Source: Octopus sinensis
Lineage: Eukaryota
DNA length: 64,000 nt
Assembly (NCBI RefSeq): GCF_006345805.1
Contig: NC_043022.1
Span: forward strand, 13,702,001 to 13,766,000
Reading direction: 5' to 3'
The notes below the pieces were generated by a model, which searched no databases, was not told the origin of the DNA, and saw nothing but the letters and a program-made list of their open reading frames with translations. This document shows, in pieces, positions 28,391-41,588 of the stretch (position 1 is its first letter; each line of letters opens with the position of its first letter). Made by a program: the position numbers and the translations under genes.

Positions 28391-29327
28391 TATTTATAAA
28401 TGTTCTGACATCTTTCACAGCCTTGGATTTTTATCTCATTCTGTAATTTTTTATATATATATACATGCTGACATATGACCTACGTTGGACTCATTTGCAT
28501 AATTACTGAACCTGGAGCTTAATTATAGTCTGTCCATAGCACTTGCTCAGCATTATCTGACACCTTTGGGTCTTCTTGACACCATTACCTCTCATAACCT
28601 ATATATATATATATACAGGGAGAATTCACAAAAAACAAAAGACGAAGTCAGGTGGTGTAGACAACAAACAGATGTACTAGTATAATGCTTGGGAATTGAA
28701 AAAGTCTTTAACACTTCGAGCGTACGCTCGAAATTTTATAACGGGCGAATTTTATAACAATTTTATAACAGGCGCAGGAGTGGCTGTGTGGTAAGTAGCT
28801 TGCTTACCAACCACATGGTTCCGGGTTCAGTCCCATTGCATGGCACCTTGGGCAAGTGTCTTCTACTATAGCCTCGGGCCGACCAAACCTTTGTGAGTGG
28901 ATTTGGTAGACGGAAACTGAAAGAAGCCCGTCGTATATATGTATATATATATATATATGTGTGTGTTTGTGTGTCTGTGTTTGTCTCCCTAGCATTGCTT
29001 GACAATCGATGCTGGTGTGTTTATGTTCCCGTTACTTAGCGGTTCGGCAAAAGAGACCGATAGAATAAGTACTGGGTTTACAAAAGAATAAGTTCCGGGG
29101 TCGAGTTGCTCGATTAAAGGCGGTGCTCCAGCATGGCCGCAGTCAAATGACTGAAACAAGTAAAAGAGAAAAGAGAAAGAGAGGTGAAAAGAAAAATACA
29201 GAAAAAAACAGAAAAATTGTAACTTAAAAACTGATGATGTCATTCCATCAATGTGTGGACACTGGTTGCTCTCATTCATACTTTACATTTGAATTTCTGT
29301 AATTTTGAATTTTTATCACTTCTTATT

Positions 29328-29370
29328 TTGAACTTGACAAAGACAGACGTACTGTTGAAATATCATTCAA
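29328..29370 (+). ncRNA. Hammerhead variant with U3-A8 core (slightly decayed)
   Basis: TTGAAC-TTGACAA-a-GACAG(acgta)CTGTT-GAAA-TA-TC-ATTCAA followed by AATAAA. The two stem defects fit CpG decay. Confidence 0.6.
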
Positions 29371-29455
29371 CCAATAAAATATCTATTACAATCGAATCGT
29401 GCTCTCCATCTTGACTGTTTACCTTTGTGAAGAGTTACATCAATCCTTTTAAAAA

Positions 29456-29495
<40 letters not shown>

Positions 29496-30348
29496 TCTGT
29501 CTTAGCAAAGGCGGAAGTATTGTTTTTAGTTGTATTTGTTTGTTTGTCCGTGGACAAGATATCGCAAAAACCACTGGATGGATTCAGATGAAACTTTCAG
29601 GCATTGCTCTTTTACTTGTTTCAGTCATTTGACTGTGACCATGCTGGAGCACCGGCTTTAGTCGAGCAAATCGACTCCGGGACTTATTCTTTGTAGGCCT
29701 AGTACTTATTCTATCGGTCTCTTTTGCTGAACCGCTAAGTTACGGGGACGTAAACACACCAGCATCGGTTGTCAAGCAATGCTAGGGGGACAAACACAGA
29801 CACACAAACACACATATATACATATATATATATGTATATACATATATATACGACGGGCTTTTTTCAGTTTCCGTCTACCAAATCCACTCACAAGGCTTTG
29901 GTTGGCCCGAGGCTGTAGTAGCCACTTGCCCAAGGTGCCACGCAGTGGGACTGAACCCGGAACCATGTGGTTTGTAAGCAAGCTACTTACCACACAGCCA
30001 CTTCTACGCCCGTTTGGCAAATTGTTTTATTTGTTTTGTTTTTCTTTTCTCAGTGGCTCCGGAACTTTCCGTGGCTTTTAAAACAACCAAGCGCCTTGCA
30101 TCTTTTGTTGCAGATGCTGCATTCCTGTTCACCTGCTGCAATTAAGTTGCTTGCTTCAGACAGCGACACCCTGATTGTGTACTTTCATGTGCCTTGTGCG
30201 TCCAGATTGTCTGAGGAATTCCCTATCACATAGATCGCATTTCAGATTAGCTGACAGAAATTGGCTGCCCTCAACCACTTGAGGCCTTTCAGCATGTTTG
30301 CATTGGCAACCTGTGAGGCCAGCTCCAGAGCAGTGAACTCATCCAGAT

Positions 30349-30351
<3 letters not shown>

Positions 30352-30380
<29 letters not shown>

Positions 30381-30860
30381 CGCACACACACTCTCCTCTC
30401 TCTCTCTTTGTTTCTCTTCTCTCTCTCTCTTTGTTTCTCCTCTCTCTCTCTGTCTCTCCCCTCTCTCTGTCTCCTGTCTCTTTGTTTCCCCTCTCTCTCT
30501 CCTCTCCTCTCTCTCTCCTCTCTTCTCTCTCTCCTCTCTCTCTCTCCTCTTTCTCTCTCCTCTCCGCTCTCTCTCTCCTCTTTCTCTCTCCTCTCTCTCT
30601 CTCACTCTCCTCTCTCTCTCTCACTCTCCTCTCTCACTCTCCTCTCTCTCCTCTTTCTCTCTCCTCTTTCTCCTCTTTCTCTTTCCTCTCCTCTCTCTCT
30701 TTCCTCTTTCTCTTTCCTCTCCTCTCTCTCTGTCCTCTCTCTCTCTCCTTTCCTCTCTCTCTCTCTCTCCTTTCCTCTCTCTCTCTCTCCTTTCCTCTCT
30801 CTCTCTCTCCTTTCCTCTCTCCTCTTTCTCTCCTCTGTGTGTGTGTATGTGTGTGTGTTA
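30352..30860. repeat. (CT)n polypyrimidine tract upstream of the first ARF-like coding exon
   Basis: About 480 bp of C/T ending in gtgttag, a possible acceptor at 30861. Confidence 0.9.
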
Positions 30861-31141
30861 GGTTAAAGTTAGAACAGTCAAGTATGTTAATTCAGGAAAA
30901 ATTTTCAGAAAAGGAAAAGACAAAAAAAAAAAATAAAGCAACCTCTTCTGTTGAGACTATGAGGAACTGTAAGCATTTGGGAAAGAGAAGTGAAAGACTC
31001 GGTTGCCAAAGGGATTAAATATCTGGCATCTGTTGAAGCAGTACACAAACCTGCGCAGAGAGGATCAGTGTGTTGGCAAGGTTGTCTTGTGTATAGAATA
31101 ATAACCTGTGGTGTCTAGCAACAAGTATTTCAAATAACAAC

Positions 31142-31187
31142 ATGTTGGGTTTGAGTAATAAAGGAAAAGAAGAAGGAGTGGCAATAG
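31142..31187 (+). CDS. ARF-like GTPase, putative first coding exon (MLGLSNKGKEEGVAI-G)
   Basis: ATG in CAACATG context with an in-frame TAG upstream at 31094-96. Donor AG|gtaaga at 31188. Phase 1 joins the next exon to give ...[12 protein letters not shown], aligning to ARF '[16 protein letters not shown]'. Start exon inferred, no transcript data. Confidence 0.7.
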
Positions 31188-31844
31188 GTAAGAACCGATG
31201 GGTGATGGTGGGAGTAGATAAACTAATTACAGCTACAGATGTGTTTGTGTGACGGTGGCGGTGGCGGCGGCGGTGGTGGTGGTGGTGTAAATATTTTCTG
31301 GTGGTGTAATTAGCACAAGGTCGTATTTTGTCTAGGAAGCGAGATCATAATGAATTGTATCAAATGTTCCTGTTTCTTAACTCACTGACAACGGAAAGAA
31401 GGCAAAAACCCCCCACAAAGGTGGCTTTTAATCTTGGATCTTTTAACCCCCCTCATATGTAATCGGGGTGGGTGGGGGGCTGTGTGAAAAGGAAATGGTT
31501 GATATTTTTTTTTCTTTTATTCTTCTTAGCATAATCGGTTGAATCAAATTTACCCCCCCCCCCGGTACTTAGGTCCTTGAAATTGGAAAGAGGAAAACTG
31601 AAGGTAGCTTTAATCTTGATCTTTGATCTTTGATCTTTTAATCTCAGATTTGGGGTCTAGCAAAGGAAAGTGGGGGTTTTTTTTGTTTTGTTTTTTTTAG
31701 CATAATTCATTCAAATGTCCCTTTTTTCTTAACTCACTGACATCAAAAAGAGGAAAACTCCTCCTAAGGCAGATTTGATCTTTGAACCCCACATTTGTAC
31801 ATAGGCAACAGGATATGGTTGATTATATATATATATATATATTT

Positions 31845-32400
31845 TTTTTTATTTTTATTTAGTTTCACCTCACAAGCTGTGGCCATGCTGGGGCACCGCC
31901 ATTTGGTGTTGCTACATGATTTTACTTCACGAATGCTTTTTAGCAATTGCCATTTGGTGCATGAGAGAGTTCAATGCAGCTGCCCTCATCTGCACCTCCT
32001 GCCGTGAAGTTGGTTCATCTGGGACACCTGACAAGAAGAGATCCAGTTTCATTTTAAAGACATCTGCATCTACCCCATGCAGGTCTCTTAGGTTCTTGGG
32101 GGGGATATTGAAGAGCTGTGGGCCTCGGAAGCCCAGGCTATCACAGTATCTTGTCCTACATCTTGATGGCAAATTTGGAGTCCTTGGCACTATGCAGTGG
32201 CACCCAGTTCTGGCATTTGTGTAACTCTCGATGCCAAAATTTGGGACAAGTCCTTCTAGGATCTTCCAAATGTATATTATGGTATATCTTTCTTGCCTAC
32301 GCTCTAAGGAATAGAGTCTCAATCTCTTGAGTCTTTCCCAATAGCTTATATGCTGCACAGAGGCTATCTTCTTCGTGTAGCTTCGTTGGAGCGCCTCAAG
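31845..32400 (-). mobile_element. CR1/L2-group LINE ORF2 C-terminus and 3' tail (in ARF-like intron)
   Basis: SYWERLKRLRLYSLERR...RGPQLFN...FKMKLDLFLSGVPDEP. A short + strand copy is at 53030-53232. Confidence 0.85.
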
Positions 32401-33139
32401 ATATATATATATTTTATTTTAATTATTTTTTCCATGTAGCTTCATCAGGAGGAAGTGTCTGAGATCCTTCCAATTACAGAAATTCCAATTATGGCTAGGA
32501 TAAATGAAAGACGGCATCTGCAAATTGGGGACTTGTTCCACATGCTTGGAGGTGGGGATAGAGTAAGCCTTTAGGGTTCGCATTACTTCAGCAAATAAAA
32601 TGTTTATTGATTTCAATTTGAGTTCAACTAATCACTTTTCATCTTGTAGCTTTCAAATTTCAATGATGCGATTGTATATTTTCAAAATGACATTGTAGGG
32701 TGTGTGTGAGAGACAGGATCTGATCAGTTTGAACATAAAATGGGTAGAATATTTGAGCTGGATATGGTTGGATTAAATGCCAAAGGGTTAAGTCTAACCC
32801 CCTAGTAGGTCATGGCGGGATTTGATCTCACAACACATACCACAACATGTTTCATCTAAATACTCTAACAATTCCACAGACTTAGATTGGTGATCAGTAT
32901 ATTGACCCCAGAAGGGGGAAAGACAAAGTCGACCTCAACGAGATTTGAAATTGTGCAAAAAGCTAGAATAAATATTGAAAGATGTCTGTCCGATGATCTA
33001 CTGACTCAATTGAAATGATTTTTGTGTGTGATCAGTATTGATTTTATCAGTCATCTTGTTATCAAACATAACCATCCTAAGTAGAGCTTGAACTCAAACA
33101 CCAGCTTAATAACAAAGCGTCCTATTCAGGTTGACCCCC

Positions 33140-33835
33140 ATAGCCATTCGACATTTAAAAACTAGTTTTATAGAATCTTCTTTCAAAACCCCTCTTTTGT
33201 TTTTCATGCATTAACTTGCGTAGGGTGAATTATGTAAAATGTTAGAGAAAGAAACCCAGCTGTTTCTTGCAGTACAGACCAATACATTCATCTAAAACAG
33301 GGGTTCTCAACCATTTTTTTTATCTAAGGACCCCTCTTTTTATTCTGGTGAATTCCATTGCCATCTAAATGCTTAAAAACTAGTTTTATAGAAACTTCAT
33401 TCAAAACCCCTCTTTTGTTCCCCACACATTTCCTTGTGTTGTTTGAATTATGTAAAATGTTAGAGAAAGAAACCCAGCTGTTTCTTGCAGTACAGACCAA
33501 TACATACATCCAAAGCAGGGGTTCTGAACCATTTTTTACCTATGGACCCTTTTGATTATTATTTTCTGGGGGAACCCCATTTGATGTTTAAAATGTAGTT
33601 TTATAAGAACTTCTTTCAAAATTCCTTTCTTTTTTCCCCCCCAACACATTGTGTAGGTTGAATTATGTAAAATGTTAGAGAAAGAAACCCAGCTGTTTCT
33701 AGCAATACATACCAATACATACATCTAAAGCAAAATTTTTCAGGGGCCCTTAAAATACTATTGTGGATCCCCAATTTACTATTGTGTTGCATGGACCCCA
33801 AAAATCTTATATGGTCCCCCAGTTGAAAACCACTG
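33140..33835. mobile_element. hAT-like MITE fragments in a ~220-bp tandem array
   Basis: CAGGGGTTCTCAACC...GTTGAAAACCACTG termini and three repeated blocks. Confidence 0.6.
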
Positions 33836-33836
33836 A

Positions 33837-34001
<165 letters not shown>

Positions 34002-36132
34002 TAATATTTCAGGTTGAAGTGATCTTATTCAGGTTTTCATTTACCAACTGTTGTATTACTTTTTAAGCTTGTGTTCACAGACCATGTTCTGCCTAACTAT
34101 TATTGAATGGTTGTATCAATGAAATTGGAAGAGATCTATTTTCTCTTGGGAACGGGTGGGACAGTAAAGAAAAAAAACGGTATATAATTCGGCATCTTTG
34201 TTATCTCTACAAGTTCCTCCAATTTTCTGCAAATTTGTAGGGTGCGTTTTTATATTTATTATTAGCCTCTATAACATCTGTGTGTTTAGCAGGTATTCTA
34301 TCCTTGATGTGAGAGCAGTACTCCTTTGTGGGGCCCACTTGAACTCTGGAGAATATTGACAGTTGTTGAGGACCAAAATATTTTCTAGCCCAGTTAAAAA
34401 GAGTCCAGTACTAGCTATGTTTTATTTTTTACCAGGATCAATCTTCAGTGACAGTTGGGCTAACCATTTGAAGCGATCATTTAAGTGTGGCAACAGTCAC
34501 ACTCAAATGGTGTTTTTTACGTGCCAGTAAGGTGACACTGGTAATGATCACGCTCGAATGGTGTTTTTTACGTGCCACCGGCACAAAAGCCAGTTAGCTG
34601 CTCTGGCAACGGTCATGCTTGGATGGTGCTCTTAGCACTCCACTAGCACGGTTGCCAGTCATCGAATTTGATTTCAATTTCACTTGCCTCAACAGGTCTT
34701 CGCAAGCAGAGTTTAGTGTCCAATGAAGGAAAGGTACGCATAAGTGGGCTGGTTATACCTATTTCTTTATTACCCACAAGGGGCTGAACATAGAGGGGAC
34801 AAACAAGGACAGACATAGGTATTAAGTCGATTACATCGACACCAGTGCATAACTGGTACTTAATTTATCGACCCCGAAAGGATGAAAGGCAAAATCGACC
34901 TCTGCGGAATTCGAACTCACAACGTAACGGCAGACAAAATACCGCTAAGCATTTCGCCTGGCGTGCTAACGTTTCTGCCACCTCGCCGCCTTAATACTCT
35001 GGTTACACTCTTGACATAGGCCACAGGTTATGGTCTCACTTGGCTTGCCGGATCTTCTCAAGTACAGCATATTTCCATTAACATTACTTATTAAAAAAAC
35101 AGACCTTACCAAAGTATTACAGCCTCAACTTTGCTACCATTCAACTGGAATTGAGCCATTAGATACGATCTATGTTTTTGTTCATTGTTACTGGCTTCTG
35201 TTTTTTACCTTCTGATGAAAATCTTCCCGTTGGGGCCCAATGGAAAATATATTTTGGTTTTGCCCTATGTTTGGAATTTTTTTAGAGAAAAATAGGTTAG
35301 AGTTATCAACTGTTTGCTGTGGTGTTTCCAAAGTGTGAGAAGGGCCGAGGCCTACATATTTTGTTGGTGTTTCAGTCACAGGCGACAGATAAGAAGAATA
35401 TAATCAGCCATATCTTATCATAGCTGTTCCCTTAATTTGTTGATATAAACAGCCTGGAGTTCATAAGGAGTAAGGTGTGTGTGTGTGTGTGTATACGAAT
35501 GTGCAGTTATATATATGTGTGTGTATGTGTGTACATGTATGTGTGTGTATGTATATATGTATGTATGTGTATGTACACATGTATGTGTGTATGTGTACAT
35601 GTATGTGTATATATGTGTGTGTATGTGTATATATGTGTGTGTGTATGCATACATGTATGTGTATGCATACATGTATGTGTATGCATACATGAATGTGTGT
35701 GTATGCATACATGTATGTATGTGTGTACATTTGTATATATGTGTGTATATGCGATGATGATGGCATTATATATGTATGAGTACATTATCTGTACACACAC
35801 ACACACACACATATGTACATATACACATGCATGCATACACAAGCACACACACACACACACATATAAACATGCCTACAAATACACACACACACACACACAC
35901 ACACACGTGTCTAATTTCTCTATGGAAACCTAGCAGACACCTGGGATCAGCCGTGGTTCTATGATAAAAAAAACGCCATTAAAATTCTATGTTAATTTAT
36001 TTTCTAAACACCGACTTAATGATGACAAAGATATTCTTCTAAATTCTTCCTTATTTTCGAAATAATTTGAAGCAAAGTCAGTGCATGTGAAACTTACTGA
36101 AATTTAAACCTTTCGTCAAAGTTTCATATTCA

Positions 36133-36540
36133 GGCGCAGGAGTGGCTGTGTGGTAAGTAGCTTGCTTACCAACCACATGGTTCTGGGTTCAGTCCCACTG
36201 CGTGGCATCTTGGGCAAGTGTCTTCTACTATAGCCCCGGGCCAACCAAAGCCTAGTGAGTGGATTTGGTAGGCGGAAACTGAAAGAAGCCTGTCGTATAT
36301 ATGTATACATATATATGTGTGTGTGTGTTTGTGTGTCTGTGTTTGTCCCCCTAGCATTGCTTGACAACCGATGCTGGTGTGTTTACGTCCCCGTCACTTA
36401 GCGGTTTGGCAAAAGAGACCGATAGAATAAGTACTGGGCTTACAAAAGAATAAGTCCCGGGGTTGATTTGCTCGACTAAAGGCGGTGCTCCAGCATGGCC
36501 GCAGTCAAATGACTGAAACAAGTAAAAGAGTAAAGAGAGA
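36133..36540 (+). mobile_element. tRNA-derived CORE-type SINE family B; also ~20026-20406(-), 24590-24987, 26599-26950, 27347-27754(-), 28770-29170, 29608-30010(-), 40406-40672, 44972-45365, 48661-49090, 49787-50167, 54348-54750
   Basis: GGCGCAGGAGTGGCTGTGTGG head, CTTGGGCAAGT core, internal (TA)(TG)n and (GTAAAAGA)n tail. Confidence 0.88.
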
Positions 36541-37164
36541 GTATTAAATTTATGTTAAAAAAAACTAGCAAAATAACGACAGTTTTTTTTCTAAATTCTT
36601 CATTATTTTGAAAAATAATCAAAACAAAGACATTGTTTTTCAATAGAAATATGGTAAAAAAAAAAAGGGGGTTAGAGTGATCTAAATTGAAACTTTCCAT
36701 CAAATGTTTGTGTTAATTTATGTTAATTTATGTTTCAAACAACAGTTTAATAATGACAATTATTTCACTAAATTCTTCGAAATTTTCAAAATAGATTGAA
36801 ACAAGAACAATTTATTTCAACAGAAAAGATGGTAACAAAAGGGATGTCTATGAAAGGGATGTATATTAAAACCTATCAAAAGTTTCCTGTGCACTTAGAT
36901 TTTAAATGCCAGTATAATAATGACCAAGTTATTTTACGAAATTTTTCATTATTATGAAAAGAAACTGAAACAAAGGTGATGTAAGGAATTCCAATAAAAA
37001 TATGGTAACAAAACGGTTTGGAATAAGACAAAAAAATGTTGAACTTGTTGAATATTGTTGTTAAGAATCAATGTACCTACTCACCTCTCTCTCTCTCTCA
37101 ATCCCTAAATATTTCGAAATAGAATTCATTTATCCAAATATCAAAGAAATATTTTATTCTTTGA

Positions 37165-37548
37165 GCGAGGTCATTGCCAGTGCAGGTGGCACATAAAAAG
37201 CACCATTTGAGTGTGATCGTTACCAGCGTTGCCTTACTGGCACATGAAAAAAACATTCAAGCAAGGTTGTTGCCAGTGCCGCTGGACTGGCTCCTGTGCA
37301 GGTGGCACATAAAAAGCACCATTTGAGCATGGCCGTTGCCAGTACTGCCTCACTGGCCCTCGTGCCTGTGGCACGTAAAAGCACCCACTACACTCCTGGA
37401 GTGGTTGGCATTAGGAAGGGCATCCAGCTGTAGAAACTCTGCCAGATCAAGATTGATGCCTGGTGCAGCCATCTGGTTCGCCAGTCCTCAGTGAAATCGT
37501 CCAACCCATACCAGCATGGAAAGCGGATGTTAAACAATGATGATGATG
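37165..37548 (+). mobile_element. SINE family C with internal ~60-66-bp tandem repeats and a (TGA)n tail; also ~2980-3183, 9258-9900(-), 17785-17973, 18180-18773, 23870-24240(-), 34500-35070(-), 50996-51287(-)
   Basis: Shared GGAAGGGCATCCAG and CCCATGCCAGCATGG blocks. Confidence 0.8.
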
Positions 37549-37613
37549 ACTTTAAAAAACATTTTTATTTCAATTGTTTTATCTTTTCTCTCTTCTCGAT
37601 TTTCATTCCCCAG

Positions 37614-37687
37614 GTTTCAATGTGGAAACAATTGAATATCGAGACATCAGTTTGACAGCCTGGGACATTGGAAGCCGGGACAAGTTG
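37614..37687 (+). CDS. ARF-like GTPase coding exon 3 (FNVETIEYRDISLTAWDIGSRDKL)
   Basis: Acceptor ttccccag|, donor TTG|gtaagt, phases 1 and 0 consistent with neighbours. Interswitch and G3 region. Confidence 0.96.
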
Positions 37688-37908
37688 GTAAGTGTTTCTC
37701 TTAACATTAATAGCCATTGCACAAACATACACACAAACACACACACACAAATACTCCCCCCCCAACAAAGACACTCACAAACATACACACACACACACCC
37801 AAATACACCCCCCCACACACACACACATAGACATCTTCTTCGGCCTGTTCGCATAAAGTCCCCCCTGCATTGGCCTTTCTGTTTGATTGTCTCTCTTCCT
37901 CGTTGCAG

Positions 37909-38146
37909 CGACCGTTATTCCGGCATTACTACAAAGGTACTGATGCTGTGGTGTTCGTGATAGACAGCGCCGACAGGGAACGGCTCGATGAGCTGAGCTT
38001 CGATGTGATCCGACCAGCATTCTTGGCTGAGGAACTTTCCTCGGCTGTCTTCCTCTTCTTAGCAAACAAACAGGATCTGCCAGAAGCGATGACAGTCGAA
38101 GAAATCACAGACAAACTCTCTTTGAAGAATTTGAAACATAATTGGA
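37909..38146 (+). CDS. ARF-like GTPase coding exon 4 (RPLFRHYY...VFVIDSAD...ANKQDLP...HNW)
   Basis: Acceptor cgttgcag|, donor A|gtaagt. Contains G4 NKQD. 238 nt, phase 0 to phase 1. Confidence 0.96.
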
Positions 38147-40860
38147 GTAAGTACCATCTTTGTCTCTGGCTGTGTGTATGTGTGCACGTGCGCATGTCAG
38201 TGTGTGTGTGTCTGTGTGTATATACTTGTGTGTGTACATGCGTTTGTGTGTTTGTTTGTATATACTTGTGTGTGTACATGTGTGTGTGTGTGTATATATA
38301 CTTGTGTGTGTACATGTGTTTGTGTCTGTTTGTATATCTGTGTGTGTGAGTTTGTCTGTATACTTGTGTGTGTGTGTGAATGTGTACTTGCGTATGTATG
38401 TGTATGTGTGTGCATTTGTGTAAATGTCTATGTATCAAGGGAGTATTTGTGTGTGTATGTGTGTATACACTTGTGTGTGTACGTGTATTTGTGTCTGTAT
38501 ACTTGTGTTTGTGTGTCTCTGTGTGTCTGTGTATTTGAGTGTGTGTGTTTATGTGGCGATATGTGTATTTGTAAGGTGGTGAGTGGGCAGAATTGTTCGG
38601 ACGCTGGACAAAATAAATGCTCAGTGGCGTTTCCTCTGTCTTTACATTCTGGATTCCGCCGAGGTTGACTTTGCCGTTCATCCTTTTGGGGTGAATGAAA
38701 CAAGTACTAGTTATGTACTGGGGTCAATGTAATCAGCTTGACCCCTCCCCGAAAGTACTGGCCTTGTGCCAAAATTTGAAATCCTTATTAGTGTATAACA
38801 GGTACTTATTTAATCAATCCCAAAAGGATGAAAGGCAAAGTCAACCTCGGCGGAATTTGAACTCAGAATGTAGCAGTAGACGAAATACCTGTTTCTTTAC
38901 TACCCACAAGGGGCTAAACACAGAGGGGACAAACAAGGACAAACAAACGGATTAAGTCAATTACATCGACCCCAGTGCATAACTGGTACTTATTTAATTG
39001 ACCCCAAAAGGATGAAAGGCAAAGTCAACCTCGGCAGAATTTGAACTCAGAACGTAACAGCAGACGAAATACCGCAAAGCATTTCGCCCGGCGTGCTAAC
39101 GCTTCTGCCAGCTCACCACCTTACAATTTCTGTCTACTGAATTCACTCATAATTCACTGTGGTTGGCCCAGAGCTATAATAAAAAGACACTTACTCAAGG
39201 TGCCGTGCAGTTGAACTGAACCTAAAACCATGTGGTTACAAAACAAGCTTTTTAACCACACAGCCACGTCTGCACCCACAAAATCTACTCAATTTTTTGG
39301 AAATACGCAACAACGGTGTCTTTATCTGCCCATCCTTTCAAACATGCAACACCAGTGTCTCCTTATACCCCACTTATCTTAACAGTATGTCCTTATCTTT
39401 CCCGACCTGAAAGCAACAAACAGTAAAACAAAAGGCACACAAACACACATATACCTATTTCTTTACTACCCACAAGGAGCTAAACATAGAGGGGACAAAC
39501 AAGGACAGACAAAGAGATTAAGTCGATTACATCGACCCCAGTGTGCAACTGGTACTTAATTTATCGACCCCAAAAGGATGAAAGGCAAAGTCGACCTCAG
39601 CGGAATTTGAACTCACGACGTAATGGCAGACGAAATACAGCTACGCATTTTGCCTGGCATGCTAACATTTCTGCCAGCTCGCCACCTTAATTCAAACACA
39701 TATACCATCAACCACAAACATTTCCACATAGACTCAACCTTAGCTAGCATATACGGGCCATAATTCTGGACATCATCATCGTCATCACTTAACATCCGTT
39801 TTCCATGCTGGCATGGATTGGACAGTTTGAAGGCGGCGAGCTGGCAGAAACGTTAGCACGCCGGGCGAAATGCTTAGCAGTATTTCATCTGCCGTTACAT
39901 TCTGAGTTCAAACTCCGCCGAGGTCGACTTTGCCTTTCATCCTTTCAGGGTCGATTAAATAAGTACCAGTTATACATTAATAAGGATTTCAATATAATCG
40001 TTTTAATCCATTTGTCTGTCCTTGTTTGTCCCCTCTATGTGTAGCCCCTTGTGGGCAGTAAAGAAATAAGAAATTGTAAGGAAGCCCATCACATATTAAC
40101 ATGTGTGTGTGTGTGTTTCTATTTGTCCCCCCACAGCTTGACAACTGCACCCCGCTGATAAGCCCTGGCGAGCCATTGCGGCAGAGTAGGCACATCAAAC
40201 CTGTATGCTCTCAAGCTCAAATTCACAGCCTCCACATCAGACCGTGGTTGGTGGAGAGAACATGTTCAGCCCTTTGTCCTGTACTGGACTGAACATAGGC
40301 AACCCAATCCAGTCCAATCTAACTAATATTTTATTTAATGAAGACTTGTAATTACCACATTAATTATCTCTTGTATGATGCATATTCAAATAAATTTTGT
40401 ATATAGGCACAGGAGGGGCTGTGTGGTGAGTAGCTTGCTTGCCAACCACATGGTTCTCGGTTCAGTCCCACTTTGTGGCATCTTGGGCAAGTGTCTTCTG
40501 CTATAGCCTTGGGCTGACCAAAGCCTGGTGAGTGGATTTGGTAGACGGAAACTGAAAGAAGCCCGTCATATATGTGTGTGTGTGTGTGTCCCATCGCTTG
40601 ACAACCGATGCTGGTGTGTTTATGTTCCCGTAACTTAGCGGTTTGGTAAAAGGGACCGGTAGAATAAGTACTGCGAATCGAAACTGCGATCCTGTGACTG
40701 TGAGTCCTCTGCCCTAACCACTGGGCCATTGCACCTCCACAATAATTGAATAATGACATTGACTAATGACAATGATGAAAGCAGAGGTGGTCATGTTCTT
40801 TTTTTTAGTTCTTTTTTTTGTGTTTTCTTTTCACTATTTTTTTCTTGTTTGTCTTTCCAG

Positions 40861-41207
40861 ACATCATGCCGGTCAGTGCTCTGACTGACCAAGGTCTAAC
40901 AGAAGCCCTCGACTGGCTGGCATGCCAGCTTGGCTCCGTCCAGGCTAAGAAAGCTGTCTACTCCACTGTGCCACCAGCACCTGAGGAAATGCCACGGATG
41001 CAACGAGAGTCCGGCGACCGACTCGAACATAGCATGGACTACTGTTCAAGAGCCTACACTGCCATAAAGTGCCTCTTCTTCAGAACAAGCCGCACCCAGG
41101 ATGTCACCGACAGTTGCCCGACAACAACGTCTCACCTACAGGACTCGCTACAAGACTCGCGGACAACAACAACGCCGGGCAAATTTCAGAACTGCCCGGA
41201 GAAATAG
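40861..41207 (+). CDS. ARF-like GTPase last coding exon (G5 VSAL, GLTEALDWL, long C-terminal extension, TAG)
   Basis: Long polypyrimidine tract then tttccag|. Phase 1 gives WNIMPVSALTDQGLTEALDWL. Spliced CDS is 46+78+74+238+347=783 nt = 260 aa plus stop. Confidence 0.93.
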
Positions 41208-41556
41208 TTCGTTAAAAGATAACGATAATAATAATAACGATGATAATAATAATAATAATAATGATGATGATGATAATATTATTATTATTGATAATAACAA
41301 AAATAACAATAATAATAATGATATGCGGTGACAATGCAATGCAATCGATGTACAGGAGTACTCGTATGTTCATGAACATATGCAAGCACACACATACATA
41401 AATACACATATATATATGTGTGTGCATGTATGTATATATATGTATGTATATATATGTGTATATATATATATTATATTATATATATATATATATATATACA
41501 TGTGCATATATATATATATATATACATGTGCATATATATATATATATATATATACA

Positions 41557-41588
<32 letters not shown>

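Noticed and set aside
32425-32450. CTGATGA...GAAA on the minus strand (similar hits at 29231, 35212 and 49163)
   Set aside because: No supporting helices.
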